A stretch of DNA of 64,000 nucleotides, taken from assembly GCF_963921235.1 (NCBI RefSeq), contig NC_086097.1, forward strand, positions 83,268,001 to 83,332,000, written 5' to 3'. This stretch comes from Mobula hypostoma (taxonomy: Eukaryota). A program made the position numbers and the translations under genes. Shown piece after piece: positions 37,494 through 49,778 of the stretch (position 1 is its first letter; each line of letters starts with the position of its first letter). The notes under the pieces were generated by a model. The model saw only the letters and a program-made list of their open reading frames with translations, was not told the origin of the DNA and searched no databases.

Positions 37494-37700
37494 GGGCCAG
37501 CTGGTGGTGTAGTGGCATCAGCACTGGACTTCAAAGCAGATGGTCCTGAGATCAAACCCAGCCGGGTCCCAACCTGGGCAGTAGCAGTACCTGCGCGGAA
37601 GAAAGGCCTGGCAATCTACTTCCATATCTCACCATGAAAACCTTGTGGACTCTATGGTCCATGAGGTCACGAAGAGTCGGACTCAACTGAACAACAAAAG
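37494..37700 (+). mobile_element. tRNA-headed SINE with RTE/Bov-B-like 3' tail
   Basis: A-box TGGTGTAGTGG, degenerate B-box GAGATCAAACC, tail GGTCCATGAGGTCACGAAGAGTCGGACTCAACTGAACAACAA. Confidence 0.7.
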
Positions 37701-38619
37701 ACTAACTTACAAAGCATAAAGTAAGACTTTTTTTAAAATGATAAAACTATTAAAATGGTAAACCCTGAAGCGATTGTCATATACACATGTAATAATATCA
37801 AATGTGAGCATTTAATTCCTTCATTGATGTTCCTAAAAATTCAAGATTATTTTAAAGTTCTCTTTCAAAAAAAAACCATTGCTTTTGATTTATGTTGTTG
37901 ATTTTGAACATATTCCTGGAACATTTTGGATACTGGGTTCAACATGGCTGTGGTCTGAAAGTCTGAGGAAGATAAAATAGGCATTAGCATTTTGGCTTCA
38001 CAAATGGTATGATTCAGGTTCTCCAACATCATGGAACAGTCACAGCCCTCAGTCCCGAAGGACCAGTTCTACTGACGTTATCTCTGCTCCCTGTTTAAAC
38101 AGAAATAAATTCTAAAAGTATCAAGTGGGATTAGTGGGGGAGGGAAGGAGATGATTTATGAAGTTTGATTTTGACAGTTTGGTCCTGCTTGTTTATCAAA
38201 GGTGCAGACTATTATTGAAGCACTTTATCAGTTTTTACAGGATAAGAATGTATTTTTAGCTGGCGGCTACTGCAACCTGCAAGTTGATTTCAGAGACAAT
38301 TTTCACAAAAACATAAGGTAATGATGTGATTTGCAATAGAATGGGCTGTTGCTTCCCAATTCATATGAAAAGACAGATGCAAAGTAATCTTATGAATATT
38401 GCCTCCCCATGGAAAGCTTGGGGTGAGTGTCCTATTTTACCTAAAAGGACCAAATAAAATTGGACACAGCAAATGGGTTAAGGGATTATGGCACTAGTTT
38501 TACCTACCCTCCTCCCCAGTAATTATTTTTCAGACATTGCCAATATTTTAACAAAGTGATTGGCTTGTCAAGGTAGACTTTTGATGTGAATTTGTCACAC
38601 ATACATCAAAACATTGCAT

Positions 38620-38890
38620 TGCTTTACAGCGCCTGTAATCACTGATCAAGGTTAAAATCCCGCCACTGCATGTAAAGGGTTTGTACTCCACCCCGTGACT
38701 GCATGGATTTCCTCCCGGTTACTCCAGTTTCCTCTCACAATCCAAAGACGTACAGGTGTGGGATAGGGTTCGTAGGTCGTGGGCATGGTGACACTTGTGG
38801 GCTGCCCCTAGCACATCCTCGGACTAAGTTGGTTATTGATGCAAAGGATGCATTTCACTGTATGTTTCAATGTACGTGGGACAAATAAAG
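38620..38890 (+). mobile_element. V-SINE variant
   Basis: ctttacagcgcc..ggttaaaatccc..gtttgtactccaccccgtgac..tccaaagacgtac; different tail ending aaataaagct. Confidence 0.7.
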
Positions 38891-38994
38891 CTGGTCTATC
38901 TAATATTGTGCATCATTTGCAGAGAAAGAAAACTAGTTAAGTTCAATTCATGGCAAGGTGAGTGAAAAGCAGCCAGATTATCATTAAAAATTGT

Positions 38995-40832
38995 AAATTG
39001 GTTTAATATTGTCACATGTATCAAGTTGCCATGAAAAAGTTGTCTTACATACCATTCACACAAATCAGTTGTTACAACAGTGGAGGCATAAGAGACTGCA
39101 GTTGCTGGAATCCAGAGCGGCACACAATCTGCTGGGGAAACTCAGCAAGTCGAGGAGCATCAGTGGGAGGAAAGAAATCGTTGATGAAACCTGATGGTCC
39201 TGATGCAGGGTTTTGACCCGAACCATCAACAATTCCGTTCCTCACGCTGATGCTGTTCAACCTGCTGAGTTCCTCCATCAGATTGTGTGTTGCTCATTAC
39301 AGCAGTGCATCAAAGTAGTACAAGGTAAAACAATAACACAGCACCAAATAAAGACTTGTTACAGATAAAGTGTAGGGCAGGTAGACAATAAAGTGCCAGA
39401 TCATAATGAGGTAGATTGAGCACAGGAGTCTATTATATTATACTAGGAACCATTCAGTAGTCTTGTGACAGTGGGATAGAAGCTGACCTCGAGCATGGTG
39501 GTACGTGCTTTCAGGGTTTTTATCTTCTGCCTGATCAAGGGGGTGGAGGGCAAGAGAGAATGTTCAAGGTGAGTGGAGTCTCTTAACTATGCTGGCTGTT
39601 TTACTGAGGCAGCAAGAGGTATAGACAGAGTCCCTGGAGGTGAGGGTGGCCACTGTGATGTGCTGATCTCTCTCCAGTCCCTTGAGATTTCAGGCAGAGC
39701 AATTGCCGTACCAAGCCATGATGTATCTGGATAGGATGCTTCCTGTGATGTAGCGATAAGAAATGGTGAGGGTTAAAGGGTCACGCTGAATTTCTTTAGC
39801 CTCTTGAGGAAGTAGAAGTGCAGCTGACCTTTCATGGCTATGGCGTCAGTGTGGTTTGACCAGGACAGGGTATTAGTCACATTCACTCCTATGAACTTGA
39901 AGTACTCAACCCTCTTGACTTCAGTACCATTGATATAAACAGGAGCATGTGAGCCACCCACCTTTCCGAAGCCCATGACCAACTCTTGTTTTGCTGACGC
40001 CGAGGGAAAGGTTGTTGTCTTGACGCCATTTCACTAGACCCTCTATTTCCTGCCTATACTCTGACTCATCATTATTTGAGATGGTTATCTGAAAACTTAT
40101 AGATGGAGTTAGAGTAGAAGTGGCCACGTAGTCATGAAAGTCAACCAGAGGGCTAGGACACAACCTTGTAGGGCACTAGTGTGGAGGATAATCGTGATGG
40201 AGCTGTTTTTCCCTATCCTTACGGATTGTGCTTTCTTAGTCAGGAAGTCAAGCATGCAGTTGCAAAGGGAGATGTTGAGCTTTAGATCTAGGATCTGTAG
40301 ATGATTTCCCTTGGAATAAAAGTATTGAAGGCAGAATTGTAATCAATAAACAGTAGTCTAACGTAGGTGTCTTTACTTTCCAGATGTTCTGGAGGTGAGT
40401 GTAGGGCCAGGGAGATGGTAGCTGCCGTAGACCTGTTTTGGTGGTAAATAAATAGCTGTTGTCTGGGAGAATGGAGTTAATGCATGCTGTGACCGGCTTC
40501 TCTAAGCACTTCATAATGGTGGATGTCAGAGTCACTGGGCAGTGGGTATTAAGACATGTTACCTTGCTTATCTTGGGTACCAGGATGATAATGGTTTTCT
40601 GAAAGCAGGTGAGATCTCAGATTGAAGCAGGAGGAGGTTAAAAATGTCTGCAAGTATCCCTACCAGTTGATCTTTGCAGGATTTAAGGACACAGCCAGGG
40701 GCACCACCTAGGCCAGATACTTTCCATTGGTTCGCTCTACAGAAGATTAACCTTATGTTTGCAGTGGTGACTGTAGGTTCCGATGTACCGGAGGTTGTCA
40801 GAATGGGATTGAAATCCACTCCCTTTCTGTTC
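38995..40832 (-). mobile_element. Rex1/Babar-like LINE 3' part, decayed
   Basis: KVSGLGGAPGCVLKSCKDQLVGILADIFNL, TLTSTIMKCLEK, INGTEVKRVEYFKFIGVNVTNTLSWSNH..YFLKRLKKF. Confidence 0.85.
39080..39293. mobile_element. Fold-back PLE terminus inserted in the Rex1-like 3'UTR
   Basis: gcacacaatctgctggggaaactcagcaag is inverted to ctgctgagttcctccatcagattgtgtgttgc; contains a degenerate cctgatgcaggg..cccgaac. Confidence 0.75.
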
Positions 40833-40853
40833 AAAAAGTGCATAGAATACATT

Positions 40854-41098
40854 AACACAAGAGATTCTACAGATACTGGAAATATAGAATAACAGATGCA
40901 AAATGGTAGAGCAACTCAACAGGTCAGGCAGCGTCTGTGGAGAGGAATGAACAGTCAAGGTGTCGAGCCGAGGCCCTTCATCAGGACCCGAAACTTTGAC
41001 TCTGTATTCCTCTCCATAGATGCTGCCTGATCTGTTGAGTCCCTCTAGCTTTTGTAGGTGTTATTCTGGATTTCCAGCATCTGCAGAATCTCTTGTGT
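40854..41098. mobile_element. Fold-back PLE terminus
   Basis: acacaagagattctacagatactggaaat is inverted to atttccagcatctgcagaatctcttgtgt; centre near cttcatcaggacccgaaac. Confidence 0.85.
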
Positions 41099-42199
41099 AT
41101 TCAAGTTGCTTAAATATATTGTTTTCTGTGAGGTGCTCACAGGAAATGTGTGTACTTTCTTTCCAAGGGTCAGGCTAACACATGCCAAGGAAAGAGACCT
41201 ATTTGTCACAGATGGTATAAACTCAGTACAATTTCAAAATACCCTTCAATGCAGGCTGAAATGTAACTCAAGTTTTCGCCATCATAATTAATTTTACTTG
41301 TCACTTTGGTGCCATAAAGTAAAACTGAGGCATGTTTTGTAATCACGTGAGAATTCTTGTACAAACAAAACTGTGCCTAATGTCATGGAAGAGTATAACT
41401 GAATGACATTAGACAACATTTTGGGCAGATATTTATTGTTATAATATTTATGTCTGGAAAGCATGTGGCTCATACTTTAGAGAGCTAGAGTCTTATCGGA
41501 TATTTTCTGTTGCTATTTATCTGAAGCACAGCTGAGTTTATTCCATGTACCGATTAAATAATTGAAACACAACTGAAGGAGCTTTGTATTTGCAACATCT
41601 GTCTAGCTTTATTGATGATAGACTAAGATTATCAACTACATGGTGCATTACTAGCCCGTGCAAACCAGAGTTTGCTAAACTGAATTGCTAATCTGCTGAA
41701 TGAGCCAAGCTGTAAATCCAATAGCATTGGACTTCATCTTTCTGGACTGCAGAAACGGAAAGAAAGAAATTAAAGCCAAGTTTCAAATTCTGACTCTATG
41801 AACTGTTGTGGTTCCAAACAGACTGTTAAAATCATTGTTCATTTGTGGTTATAGAGATTGCCATTCTCCTGATAAGTGAAAGCATGACAGAATTCATTGC
41901 CATTAGAACTGGAAGAAATCTTTATCTTTGGGCAGTCTTTTTATTTTATTTATACAAGTGAAGGTTTGTCTCGTGGTTGAATATAATGAAGTTTGGTGGC
42001 AATAAATAACAGAGCAATTCTCTAACAATTAATGGGCAATTAACCCAACTAATTAAAATTAATGTTACTGGTTGTTTGCTTTTGTTTCATCCTTTCTCTG
42101 ATAGAGCTGAATTGGATGTCTCTTTGTAATTGATGTATAGAAGCAAAAAATAAAGAACTAATTTGTCATTGTTTGGCACTTTTGCAACTCTGCATATTG

Positions 42200-42370
42200 C
42201 AAATCATTTCACAACTATTAAAGATCATTTTGAAGTGTATCCTAATATGTAGAAAATATGGTAGCCAAATTGTATGCACTGAATAACTATAAACCACGAA
42301 GCAATATGAGCTTGATATGTTTCAGCAATACCTGCTAAAAGACCAATGTCAGCAACTCCTGAGGTGCTGG
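42200..42370 (-). mobile_element. Ancient DeuSINE-like remnant
   Basis: cattttgaagtgta..atgtagaaaatatggtagccaaattgtatgcac resembles the recalled Deu-domain. Confidence 0.45.
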
Positions 42371-42494
42371 TGATACAACATGATTCTAATCATAATAAAA
42401 CTGAATGTCTCAAATCAGTCTCAACTAATTGAATGCAAGGTGGGAGACTTTAATTAATGGTTTTATTTCAATTCCACTTTGACTTCAAGTCACA

Positions 42495-43125
42495 GGTAAA
42501 GAAAGCTTTTTGGCACATTGGCCTTCATAAATCAATGTATTGAGTACAGGAGATGTTGAAGTTGTATAGGATGTTGGTAAGGCCTAATTTGGAGTATAGA
42601 GTGTAGTTTCGGTCACCTACCTACAGGAAAGATGTAAGTAAGTTTGAAAGAGTACAGAGAAAATTTGTAAGGATGTTGCTGGGTCTGGAGGACCTAAGTT
42701 ATAAGGAAAGATTGAATAGGTTAGGACTTTATTCCTTAGAAGGTAGAAGATTGAGAGGAGATTTGATAGAAGTATACAAATTTATGAGAGGTATAGATAG
42801 GGTAAATGTAAGCAGACTTTTTTCACTGAGGTTGGGTAGGACTACAACCTGAAGTCATGGGTTAAGGGTGAAAGGAGAAAAGTTTAAGGGGAGCACGAGG
42901 GGAAACTTCTTCACTCAGAGGATCATGAGAGTGTGGAATGAACTACCAGCACAAGTCGCAGATTTCAACATTTAAGCAATGTTTGGATAGGTACACGTAT
43001 AGTAGAGGTATGGAGGACTATGGTTCCGGTGCAGGACAACGGGAGTAGGCAGTTTAAATGGCTTCAGCATGGAATAGATGGGCTGAATGGCCTGTTTTTG
43101 TTCTGTACTTTTCTGTGACTCTGAC
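42495..43125 (+). mobile_element. CR1 3' fragment
   Basis: Colinear with the reverse complement of ~8750-9390 (aaagcttt..agaggagatttgatagaag..ttcttcactcagagg..ggctgaatggcctgttt). Confidence 0.9.
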
Positions 43126-43422
43126 TAAAGTCAAAGTGGAAATGCAATAAAAAAAATTAATCAAAGTGATGCCAAAGTAAACTATTTTTGAGCCATGTTG
43201 CATTGAGAAGTGTTACTGTCATTGTGTTATCTTGATTTGGATCCAGTGTAATCAATGTTAATAATGAAGTTCATTTTACAGGCCAAATGGAAAGAAATGC
43301 AGTTATTAAATTTGAAATTTGCTATTTATAAGTGTAAGCCTACAAATATCTAAAGTATATTTTTAAAAATTTAAATATGGAAAATCTGCATAAAAACAAG
43401 AGACAGCAAGAATCCGCTATAG

Positions 43423-44718
43423 CTGGGGTCCCTAACCTTTTGCACCGCGGACCGGTTTAATATTGACAATATTCTTGCGGACCGGGGGAGGGGGGTAGGG
43501 TTGCCAACTTTCTCACTGTGTTTACCCCGAGAAAGACCTACCATGATCTTGAAGCCTTGTGTGGGCACCTGTGTGCGCATGCGCGTATACATTACGTGCG
43601 CATGCGTGTATGTGCCGATTTTTTTTCTACAAATAGATTTTGATGATTCTGCTCAGGGAAACTACACTGTACATACATTATTTCTACTTTATATAGGCTG
43701 TGTGTTTATCATATCATTCCTGCTTTTACTATATGTTAGTGATATTTTAGGTTTTGTGTTATTTGGTATGGTTTGGTAGGTTATTTTTTGGGTCTGGGAA
43801 TGCTCAAAAATTTTTCCCATATAAATTAATGGTAATTGCTTCTGCACTTTACGCCATTTCAGCACGAAAGGCTTCATAGGAACACTCTACCTTAGTGGGG
43901 GAAATACAGGACAAGGGCTGTCCCATGTGGGACAAACCAATTTAGCCCAATATACGGGATGTCCCGGCTAATACAGGACAGTTGGCAACCCCGGGGGGGG
44001 GGGGGGTGGGCGCAGGGAGGGTGTTGGTCACGACCGGAATATAGGTGATAAGTTAACTTTAAGTCACTTATAAGTGGCTAATATACTCAATTTCATTTCT
44101 AAGAAGGTTTATCTAATGAATTTAATATTAAACACACAGCACATATTTTCCTCACGTGAATATAGTGATAAGTCAATTATAAGTCAATAGCATCATAACA
44201 TTTTAAGTAGCGTTTGGATATTAAACACACAACTCATATTTTCCTCGTGTGAACATATAAAATAATTGCAACACACCAATATCGCTGAGTCAGTGGGAGC
44301 CCTGGGCTTGTTTCCTAGCAACACAATGGTCCCATCGAGGGGTGATGGGAGACAGCAATACTCGAGGGGGTTCCTTATGTCCAGTCTATTCCGCAATTTA
44401 GTTTTCATTCCATTCATTGCACAAAACCCCGCTTCGCAGCGATATGATGTTGGAAATGGAAGCAACGTTTTCAGTGCTTTCGTGGCTGTCTCAGGATATT
44501 TAGCCTTGATTTTGATCCAGAATGCTGGCAGAGATGTTATGTCATTTGCAAGCTTGAGGAGTTGGTCATCTTCCCGCGCTGACATGGATGACGCATGCAT
44601 AATGACCTCGCGTGCATTCAAGTTCAACAGTGGGCGTGACAGGGAATGAGGAAAGGTGTAGCTGACTCATATCGTTTCATACCGCCAAATCATATAGTTT
44701 CCTCACGGCCCAGTACAG
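43423..44718 (-). mobile_element. Non-autonomous hAT (Charlie/Buster) element with transposase C-terminal dimerisation remnant; 8-bp TSD
   Basis: End CTGGGGTCCCTAACCTTTT; ORF LPAFWIKIKAKYPETATKALKTLLPFPTSYRCEAGF..KTKLRNRLDI; CGCTATAG at 43415-43422 and 44719-44726. Confidence 0.88.
43496..43993. mobile_element. hAT-type MITE nested in the Charlie element
   Basis: TAGGGTTGCCAAC..GTTGGCAACCC terminal inverted repeats; G-run flanks; subterminal (aata)c(a/g)ggac repeats. Confidence 0.78.
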
Positions 44719-45281
44719 CGCTATAGATATTCACCTCATCCATTAGTATGTGAAGATGCAAGAAACAGATTTTAAAATCCATGCCTTTCAATGGTATTGA
44801 TTATTCAAAGATAAGCAAACTTTCCTGAGACTGAGCAGAAGGAGAAGACGGTTAAAATTGAAGATTCTTGTTATGCAAAAACAATGAGTTCAAAGCTAAG
44901 AATCAATGCAGCTTTAACCCTTTTAATTGTTAAAATCTTTTAGATTGCTAGGTTGTAAATAAAAATAATTTGAGGCAATAAAATGCTGAGTAGTTTTTAT
45001 GTTTTCTACTTTTAATAATTATTTTGCTTTACATGACAGAGCCTATCTGAATCCCAATCATTAGAAAATTGATGATCAGTGTTAATCTAACTGTAGACTT
45101 TGAGTCAAACATATGATCACCTGATGTTTTTTTTCTGCCATTGGTCAAAGACTTTATCATACAAATTCCATTTAGTATGTAGCTAGGTGTCTTTTCATCA
45201 TGATACAGCCACATAATTCAAAACTGAAATACAGTAAGTGCACATCACTTCAAAGAAGTGCAATTCTTGTGAGCAAATAGT

Positions 45282-45413
45282 TCACAAACGAGAGAAAGTC
45301 TACAGATCCTGGAAATCCAAGCAACACACAATATGCGGGAGGAACTAAGCAAACCAGGCAGCATCTTGGAAAAAAGTACAGTTGACGTTTCGGGACGAAA
45401 CGCTTCAGCAGGA
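45282..45413 (-). mobile_element. Isolated PLE terminus
   Basis: Minus strand gtcctgctgaagcgtttcgtcccgaaacgtcaactg..; ends at the hammerhead 5' edge. Confidence 0.75.
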
Positions 45414-45706
45414 CAGTGTTGACAGTCAGTCATGAACTTAATTGGAGACATATGTTTATGAGAGGTGTGTGCCTAAGGATTTAACAAAACAGAGGATTCC
45501 ACCACATCAACTCCAGTAATCATTCAAGATCATATGTGTAATGTAATATTTAGGCCAACATGTCCATTTACCCCATTACATTAAGGAAATAAGCTTATGC
45601 CATTTCAAAAACTAACAAATTTTTATCTCCAACAAGGAGAAACGTAGTCACTGTGTTTCAAAACAAAACTCAAATGACAATGGTTACTATCTTTGGAGGA
45701 TATTTG

Positions 45707-45900
45707 GCAACACACACAAAATTGCTGAAGGAACTCAGCAGGTCAGGCAGCATCTGTAGAAAAGAGTAAACAGTCAAGGCTTTGGGCCGGGACCCTTCAT
45801 CAGGATCCTGATGAAAGGTCTCAGCCCAAAACATCAATTGTTTGCTCTTCCACAGATGCCACGTGACCTGCTGAGTTCCTCCAGCATTTGTGTGTGTTGC
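45707..45900. mobile_element. Fold-back PLE terminus (imperfect palindrome centred at 45805/45806)
   Basis: gcaacacacacaaa..cttcatcagga|tcctgatgaaag..tttgtgtgtgttgc. Confidence 0.9.
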
Positions 45901-47714
45901 ATTGTTTATATCTTGTCTATTTTTGATCACTCTTGCAGCTGCTATTTCAAAACTGAGATCCTGCTAAAGTTAGTACAGGTATTTACATTCTATACTAGGG
46001 AGGGCCTATCACTCCACCACCATCTGTCATGCTGTGTAATCACTGTTTCTCTCTCCGCCCCCCCCCCCACCATCTACTTCACAATAACAACCTCTGCTTC
46101 CAGCCATCCAGTGGGTAAACAGAAACCCACTATCATTTCTACAGCCATAGGTCCCAATTGCACTTCCGATACCTGTCTCTGTTTTCTGGATTGAACATCT
46201 GTCCTGGACAACTAAGTTGCCCTCATAATCCCTGTAGCATGCAGAAGTTGTTGTACAAAGACTGCTCTGTTTACCACTCCTGCTGAAGTTCGCAGAGAAA
46301 GACCAATATTCAAAATGCTTGAAGACCTGCTGCACAATGATTGGTTAGTATAACTAAAAAGCTGTTGATCTTACAACCTCTGCCAAACAACTCATTAAAA
46401 ATATTGTGATACAGTGTACTGAATTTTTGTTTTGAAACTTTATAATCCATTTTGCAGTCACATAACTTAGTTCCTTGCTGTACAGTGATATCTGGAGCAC
46501 AGACCGACAGATGAAGGCAAAAATTCATTTGTAAAATTCTTGAGATTTACCACAGTTCCCAATGCAAAATTAGAACTTTCTGTAGTAAAATTCAGAAAGC
46601 TATTGACAAATGTAAGATTCTCCAGAATTTGCTTCATTAAACAATTTGTGTGAAAGACTGAGGTTGGTAGAATGCCCAGGAGTTAATACTACACATAAAT
46701 ATGATCCCAAAAAAAGTAAAGAACTTACCAAATGGTGAAGAAATGGTAAGTGAAGGGGCACAGGTAAATATGGGTCTGCTTGTCCACGGGATGAAATTAA
46801 ACCGTAACTACATCACGTAGTTAGTCAGCTGAGTGGAATATTGATCTTTATGGCAATAGACCTAAGAGACAAGAGCATATGTAAGCTAATTTGGGTAGTA
46901 AGATCATATCTGATCAAATCTTGTTCTCAACACTACTTTCCTAGACTATGTCCTTGATTTGTTTAGTTAAAAATACCTATCAATCTCCACCTTTGGAGAA
47001 CAAAATGTGCGAAGTCTTACAAAAATCCAACAATGTTTTAGTGATATCTCTCTTGGAGTATTCCATGTAGTTTTGACCTGATAGAAGACTATTTTAACTC
47101 AATGCAGCATTGATTCAACCATGATCTTAATGATGTGAGTAGTTAATTGGGCTACTTGTGCTCCTGTTTCTTGTATTTGCAACTCCTACAATGAAGAGTT
47201 GAGGGAGCTGTCCTGTCAGGAGAAACCTAGTCAGATTGGTGTACATTCACAAAGATTTAGATGAAAACAGGGTGATCTTATTGCTACATACAGGATTCTG
47301 AGTGAGAGTAACAAGAGCAATGTCCAAAGGCTGATTCCTCCAGCTGGAGAGTCCAGAACAATGGCCATGGTTTCAAGATAAAGGGTCAGTTTCAAGATAA
47401 AGATAAAGATAATATCTTGAAAGATATTTCAAGATAATATCTTTTTAGCAGAAGGTTGTAAATCATCAGATTTGCCTGAGAGTTGTAAATACTCAAGTGG
47501 TGTGCCCTAAGAAAATCATGGAATGCAGGGATTATATAGGATTGTGTAAGGATCATCTAGCAGGCCCAAGAATTTGCAAGAAGAATGAAACTGGAGAACT
47601 ATAGTCCATTTAGCTGCTGTTCACTCCAGCTTTCATTTTTTATAAAAGATTTGCTTAACTCCAATTAATTGTTTTGAGATTTATTATTAAAGATGGAAAT
47701 CTGTATTTGTACAA

Positions 47715-49778
47715 TAAGTTCAAATTTATTGCCATCTGACTGTACATATTGTGACGAGAATACACATAAAAATTAAGATGTTTGCTGGCCTAGGTTAGCA
47801 TCAGTGACATCAGCAAGTGGTCTGCCACCTGCCCTCAGGGGAAGGAGAGATAAGGAACAATGGAGCAGCGTCTGGAGATGTGTAATGAAGGGACGTGGGA
47901 GAGAGAGAGCTGTCTGGAGCGGCTCCCCCTTTGAACCCTGAACTGTTTGAAGTGATGGACAGGCGATACCCTAGCAGGGGGATAAAAAGGGACAGGTTCG
48001 CTAAGGCGACACACACACGCCACCCGAGGTAACGAGACCCTGGAAGCGGTGCGCTTCTCACAAGTCGGTGAGAAGTACCAGACAACGGCCAGGGTGGAAA
48101 GGTACGATCAGCGGGAACCCGGTGTGTGTCCGCCCTTGCCTGGGTGCCGGGTTCACTGCAGAGGATCGACCGCATCTGGAGGAGGGGTCACAGTCGGTGA
48201 CCTCAGGTGACATCACCAAGGACCCGCCCAAAATCGCCGGTCTGTGAGTGAAGCCCGTGTCTGAATGATCAGTTGTTCCTGTTCTATCTCTCTCTTCCCC
48301 CACGTTGTCCATCGCCATGGCAACGATTACTGCGAACTGAACTACTAAACTGGACTGAACTTTGAGTCACTTTGAAATTTGGTCATTTACCCCTAGACAA
48401 CGATAGAGCTTGATTGATGCTGTTATGTTAATTCTGTGCACATGTGTGTTTATCATCGCTGAACTGTTGCATTTATTATCCTTTCAATTACTGTGTTGCT
48501 TGTTTCTTTAATAAAACTTTCTTAGTTCTAGTACTCCAGACTCCAACTGAGTGATCCATTTCTGCTGGTTTGGCAACCCAGTTACGGGGTACGTAACAAT
48601 ATGTACAACCAAACAAAAGAACATACAGTATCTCTGGACCATAGTGCACCCACAGTACATATACGTATCACTCTGAGCACATAAAAAATACCACAAGTAA
48701 GTTAACAAAATATAATTCAAAATGCATGTGAAATGCACAGCGCAAGTAAACAGTAAACAGCTCACTCTCCTAGTGATGAGACCTCGGTGGTGGCAGGGTA
48801 TTCGTCAGTTTCACAGCCTGCGGGAGGAAGCTGTTACCCAGTCTGGCAGTCTTGGTCCTGATGCTCCTGTACCTCCTTCCTGACAGTAGTGAGTCAAAGA
48901 GATTGTGGGATGGGTGGTAGGGATTTTCAACAATTCTTTGGACCATTGTATACAATGCTCCCGGTAAATGTCATAAGTAGGGGCTGGGAAACCTCAGTGA
49001 TCCTCTGGACATTTTTACTGTCCTCTCTAGGGTCTTGCCGTCTGATGCCTTACAGCTTCCATAACCCACAATGATGCAGCCAGACAGGACTCTCTTGATG
49101 TTGCTGCTGGAGAAAATTGTTAGAATGGGAGTGGGGAGCCTTGCACACTTTAACCTCCTCAGAAAGTGTGGACACTGCTGTGTCTTTTTGACAAATGAGG
49201 TATTGTGGGTCCAGATTAGGTCATCCGTTATGCACACACCAGTGAGCTTTGCACTCTTCACTCTCTCCACAACAGACCCATTGATGTGCAGAGAGTGGTT
49301 GACCTGCTCCTTCCTGAAGTTCACTATCATCCCTTTTGATTTGTCCAAGTTGAGTCTTGGGTTGTTCTCACACCATTTGCCAAGCCTCCCGACCTCCTCT
49401 CTATATGTCAATTCATTATTGTTGCCAATGAGGCCAACAATTGTATCATCAACGAACTTGATGTTGATGCAATGGGCAATGCAGTCGTGGGTCAGTAGTG
49501 AGCTGAGCACACAGCCTGGTGGGGAGGTGGGGGGGTACCAGTACTCAGCGATGATGGAGCGTGAGATATTGCTGCCACCTCGGGCTGACTGGGATCTTTC
49601 CATCAGAAAGTCCAAAATCCAGTTACAGAGAGGGGTGTTGAGTCCCAGCGAAGATGATTTACCCACCAGCCTCTGAGGGTAAAATGCCAAGACGAAGTTG
49701 ATGAACAAGATCCTCGCATATGAAGCATCATTTTCTAGGTAGAACAGGACAAAGTGGAGGACTACAGTGATGGCACCA
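47715..49778 (-). mobile_element. Rex1/Babar-like LINE 3' part (its 3'UTR is interrupted by the solo LTR)
   Basis: SYARILFINF, LGLNTPLCNWILDFL, PPGCVLS, IKFVDDTIVGLI, LTGVCITDDLIW, HFLRRLK, LPSGRRYRS-like C-terminus. Confidence 0.88.
47750..48598 (+). mobile_element. Solo LTR (Gypsy-type by 4-bp TSD)
   Basis: TGTGAC..GTAACA termini, ATAT duplicated at 47746-47749 and 48599-48602, TATA-like GATAAAA at ~47981, AATAAA at ~48510. Orientation is inferred from these signals. Confidence 0.85.

Noticed and set aside
37494..37570. tRNA gene
   Set aside because: Degenerate B-box, no clean cloverleaf, and it continues into a SINE body and tail.
46027..46528. Minus-strand ORFs of 102 and 72 aa
   Set aside because: No recognisable motif or convincing splice signals.
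47385..47445. Short direct and inverted repeats (tttcaagataa)
   Set aside because: Local slippage/template-switch scar within an old CR1 remnant; no evidence of function.
49071..49676. 201-aa plus-strand ORF
   Set aside because: Antisense shadow of the Rex1-like RT.
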